Below, in pieces: positions 62,487-64,000 of a stretch of DNA of 64,000 nt. The DNA lies in the NCBI GenBank assembly GCA_044351795.1, contig JBILFA010000004.1:3-64002 (forward strand), written 5' to 3'. How positions within the stretch are numbered: position 1 is the stretch's first letter; the number at the start of each line of letters is the position of its first letter. A program made the translations under genes and the position numbers. Source of the stretch: Bdellovibrionota bacterium (GTDB lineage: Bacteria > Bdellovibrionota_C > UBA2361 > OMII01). The notes beneath the pieces were generated by a model that had not been told where the DNA came from, made no database searches, and was given only the letters and a program-made list of their open reading frames with translations.

Positions 62487-63146
62487 ATGACTAATTTCTC
62501 CCATCCTTCCTACTCAAGAGTGCTCAATGAGATACTCACTGATGAGTACAAGCGATACCTACAGCCGCCTCGAGTAAGCGAAGAGCCCAGAGAACATCTT
62601 TCCGTCTCTCGTGACACGTCCTGGAAGAGGAAACCTTCCGGGTTCGAGCCATCCCCTTTTGCATACGGAACACTTTTAGGCGGAGCCGCTGTGCTATGCA
62701 CGTGGCTTCTCTTGAGTGTAGGTAGAGGCCAGCCAACAACTGCAGAGGTTAGGCCCCTCGCAGCGCCAGTCGAAAGTGTAGAGAGCGGCAACCACAGGAC
62801 ACAGCGCCTTGAAACAGAGATGGAGCTCGTAAAGAAGATCGTAGTAGGGCTCGTTGACAGTGTCGGCGAGCTTTCAAGCGCTGACCATAGCGTGGCGCGA
62901 GCAGGCTCAGAGGTAATAAGTCCTATGGTTAGTGACGGAGCTAGCCTGCCGTTTCCCGTGCAGGTGATAAGCGAAAAAGCAAACCTCAGGCGCTCTCCGG
63001 ACCTTAAAGCTCAAACAGTGGCAGAGGTACCCAAGAAGACTGTGCTCTTGGCTCTAGACCAACAGGATAAGTGGCTTAAGGTAACCACCCCAAAGGGTGA
63101 AGAAGCATGGGTTCATCGCACCGTGGTGAGTGAGACCGGGGAGTAG
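62487..63146 (+). CDS. Membrane protein with a C-terminal bacterial SH3 domain
   Basis: Start refined to ATG 62487. One TM helix (GTLLGGAAVLCTWLLL). The C-terminal ANLRRSPDLKAQTVAEVPKKTVLLALDQQDKWLKVTTPKGEEAWVHRTVV fits SH3_3. Confidence 0.6.
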   Translation: MTNFSHPSYSRVLNEILTDEYKRYLQPPRVSEEPREHLSVSRDTSWKRKPSGFEPSPFAYGTLLGGAAVLCTWLLLSVGRGQPTTAEVRPLAAPVESVESGNHRTQRLETEMELVKKIVVGLVDSVGELSSADHSVARAGSEVISPMVSDGASLPFPVQVISEKANLRRSPDLKAQTVAEVPKKTVLLALDQQDKWLKVTTPKGEEAWVHRTVVSETGE

Positions 63147-63151
63147 GAGAT

Positions 63152-63616
63152 ATGCTCTCGCTGTCAGCCATCGTTTTAGTTGGAGCCGTTAACCTTATGG
63201 CTCCCACAACACAAAAACTAGCTCAAGCATCAAGAGAGCTCCCTGTCGAGAGTGGCCGCGTCACAAGCAGCTACGGACGTCGTATAGATCCGTTCAATAA
63301 AAAAAGCCGCTTCCACGAAGGACTCGATATCGCCGCTCCCTACGGAAGTGTGATTCGCCCAGTTGCTCCAGGTATCGTTGTGTTCACCGGTCGCTATGAG
63401 GGATTCGGAAACCTGGTGGTGGTGAAGCATGGGAATGACCTGACTTCTCACTACGCACACTGCTGGGGAGTCAAAGTGAAAGTCGGCCAGCTCGTAACGA
63501 AAGCGACTCCTCTTGGCTTCGTAGGGTCTTCTGGAAGAGCTACGGGACCACACCTACATCTAGAGGTCCGATTTAAGGGAGCTTCGGTAGATCCTTTATG
63601 GATCCTCTCGAAATGA
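63152..63616 (+). CDS. M23-family metallopeptidase (peptidoglycan hydrolase)
   Basis: HEGLDIAAPYGS, VVVKHGNDLTSHYAHC and GRATGPHLHLEV (HxxxD and HxH zinc motifs). Confidence 0.9.
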   Translation: MLSLSAIVLVGAVNLMAPTTQKLAQASRELPVESGRVTSSYGRRIDPFNKKSRFHEGLDIAAPYGSVIRPVAPGIVVFTGRYEGFGNLVVVKHGNDLTSHYAHCWGVKVKVGQLVTKATPLGFVGSSGRATGPHLHLEVRFKGASVDPLWILSK

Positions 63617-63626
63617 GAAAATCACG

Positions 63627-64000
63627 ATGACAGACAAGAAAAGCACCGTTGAAGAGCTTGATCGTGAGCGCACCCTGAAAGGAGTAGGAGAAGGCTCTGT
63701 TGGCCCAATCGTGGAGCTGGCTAAGGTGAAAGGCTGGGCCAGCATCTCGGTGGAGGGCAACTGGGAACTGTGTCGAGCTGCATGGTTCGAGGGGAAGATG
63801 GTAGGGCTTGAAGTTCGTGGCTACCGCCCAACGAGGCGAGACGACGATCTCCTGCAGAGAATGCAAGAGTTCAGTCGCAGTATACCGCCAGACACTGTCT
63901 CCATGAGAGGGGTAGACGTCGTCCGAGATTACGATCATCGAGTGCTACCGTATTTACGAAAGGAGTTTCACGAGCTCGAACGGGAAAGACGAAAACTGGG
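63627..64000 (+). CDS. Partial ORF running off the window, LPD7-like domain
   Basis: ATG 63627, open to position 64000 and absent from the ORF track because it has no stop. KGWASISVEGNWELCRAAWFEGKMVGLEVRGYRP resembles the LPD7 module seen in conjugative polyvalent proteins. Confidence 0.45.
   Translation, partial: MTDKKSTVEELDRERTLKGVGEGSVGPIVELAKVKGWASISVEGNWELCRAAWFEGKMVGLEVRGYRPTRRDDDLLQRMQEFSRSIPPDTVSMRGVDVVRDYDHRVLPYLRKEFHELERERRKL

Overview
The window looks like a large piece of a conjugative plasmid, or a plasmid-like ICE, from a Gram-negative bacterium I cannot place taxonomically.

Backbone (about 38.6-64 kb):
- An RPA-type replication initiator with a 23-bp-phased iteron origin.
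- A type Ib-like partition operon (excisionase-type HTH, ParA, Pro/Ala-rich protein with an RHH tail), preceded by eight clusters of 8-bp-phased GAAGTTC repeats.
- A leading-region-like block: RadC, ArdC, YefM-YoeB and an orphan BrnA.
- An S8 protease and an AbiE pair.
- A transfer block: DUF3363-type relaxase, TraG/VirD4, RHH, a VbhA-like/Fic pair, a TrbB/VirB11 ATPase, and SH3 and M23 proteins.

The left 38 kb appears to be two accessory islands accreted in tandem at the 3' end of the rep gene. Three direct copies of the rep 3' core lie at 1146, 27240 and 38582, and a tyrosine integrase lies at 25.8-26.9 kb.

Island 1 carries:
- Four diverged paralogs of a protein domain I cannot recognise (family A). 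Two of them form two-gene cassettes with a second unknown family (B).
- A small PLP-aldolase/cupin/methyltransferase cluster.
- A defence island: AbiE, a DprA-like protein plus PRTase, and an MmeI-like methyltransferase plus helicase plus T5orf172.

Island 2 is a translationally coupled 7-gene operon: a CAS/VioC-like dioxygenase, a methyltransferase, an SDR, an adenylate-forming ligase, an AsnB-type amidotransferase, a 2H phosphoesterase and a full-length ArgRS paralog.

My best candidates for undescribed biology are the island-2 operon and the family-A/B cassettes. A 15-bp box (tGCCTCATTCAGGtG) recurs, always in the direction of transcription, upstream of seven transcription units. I saw no rRNA, tRNA or CRISPR array. 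All functional calls come from motif recognition by eye and need profile searches.
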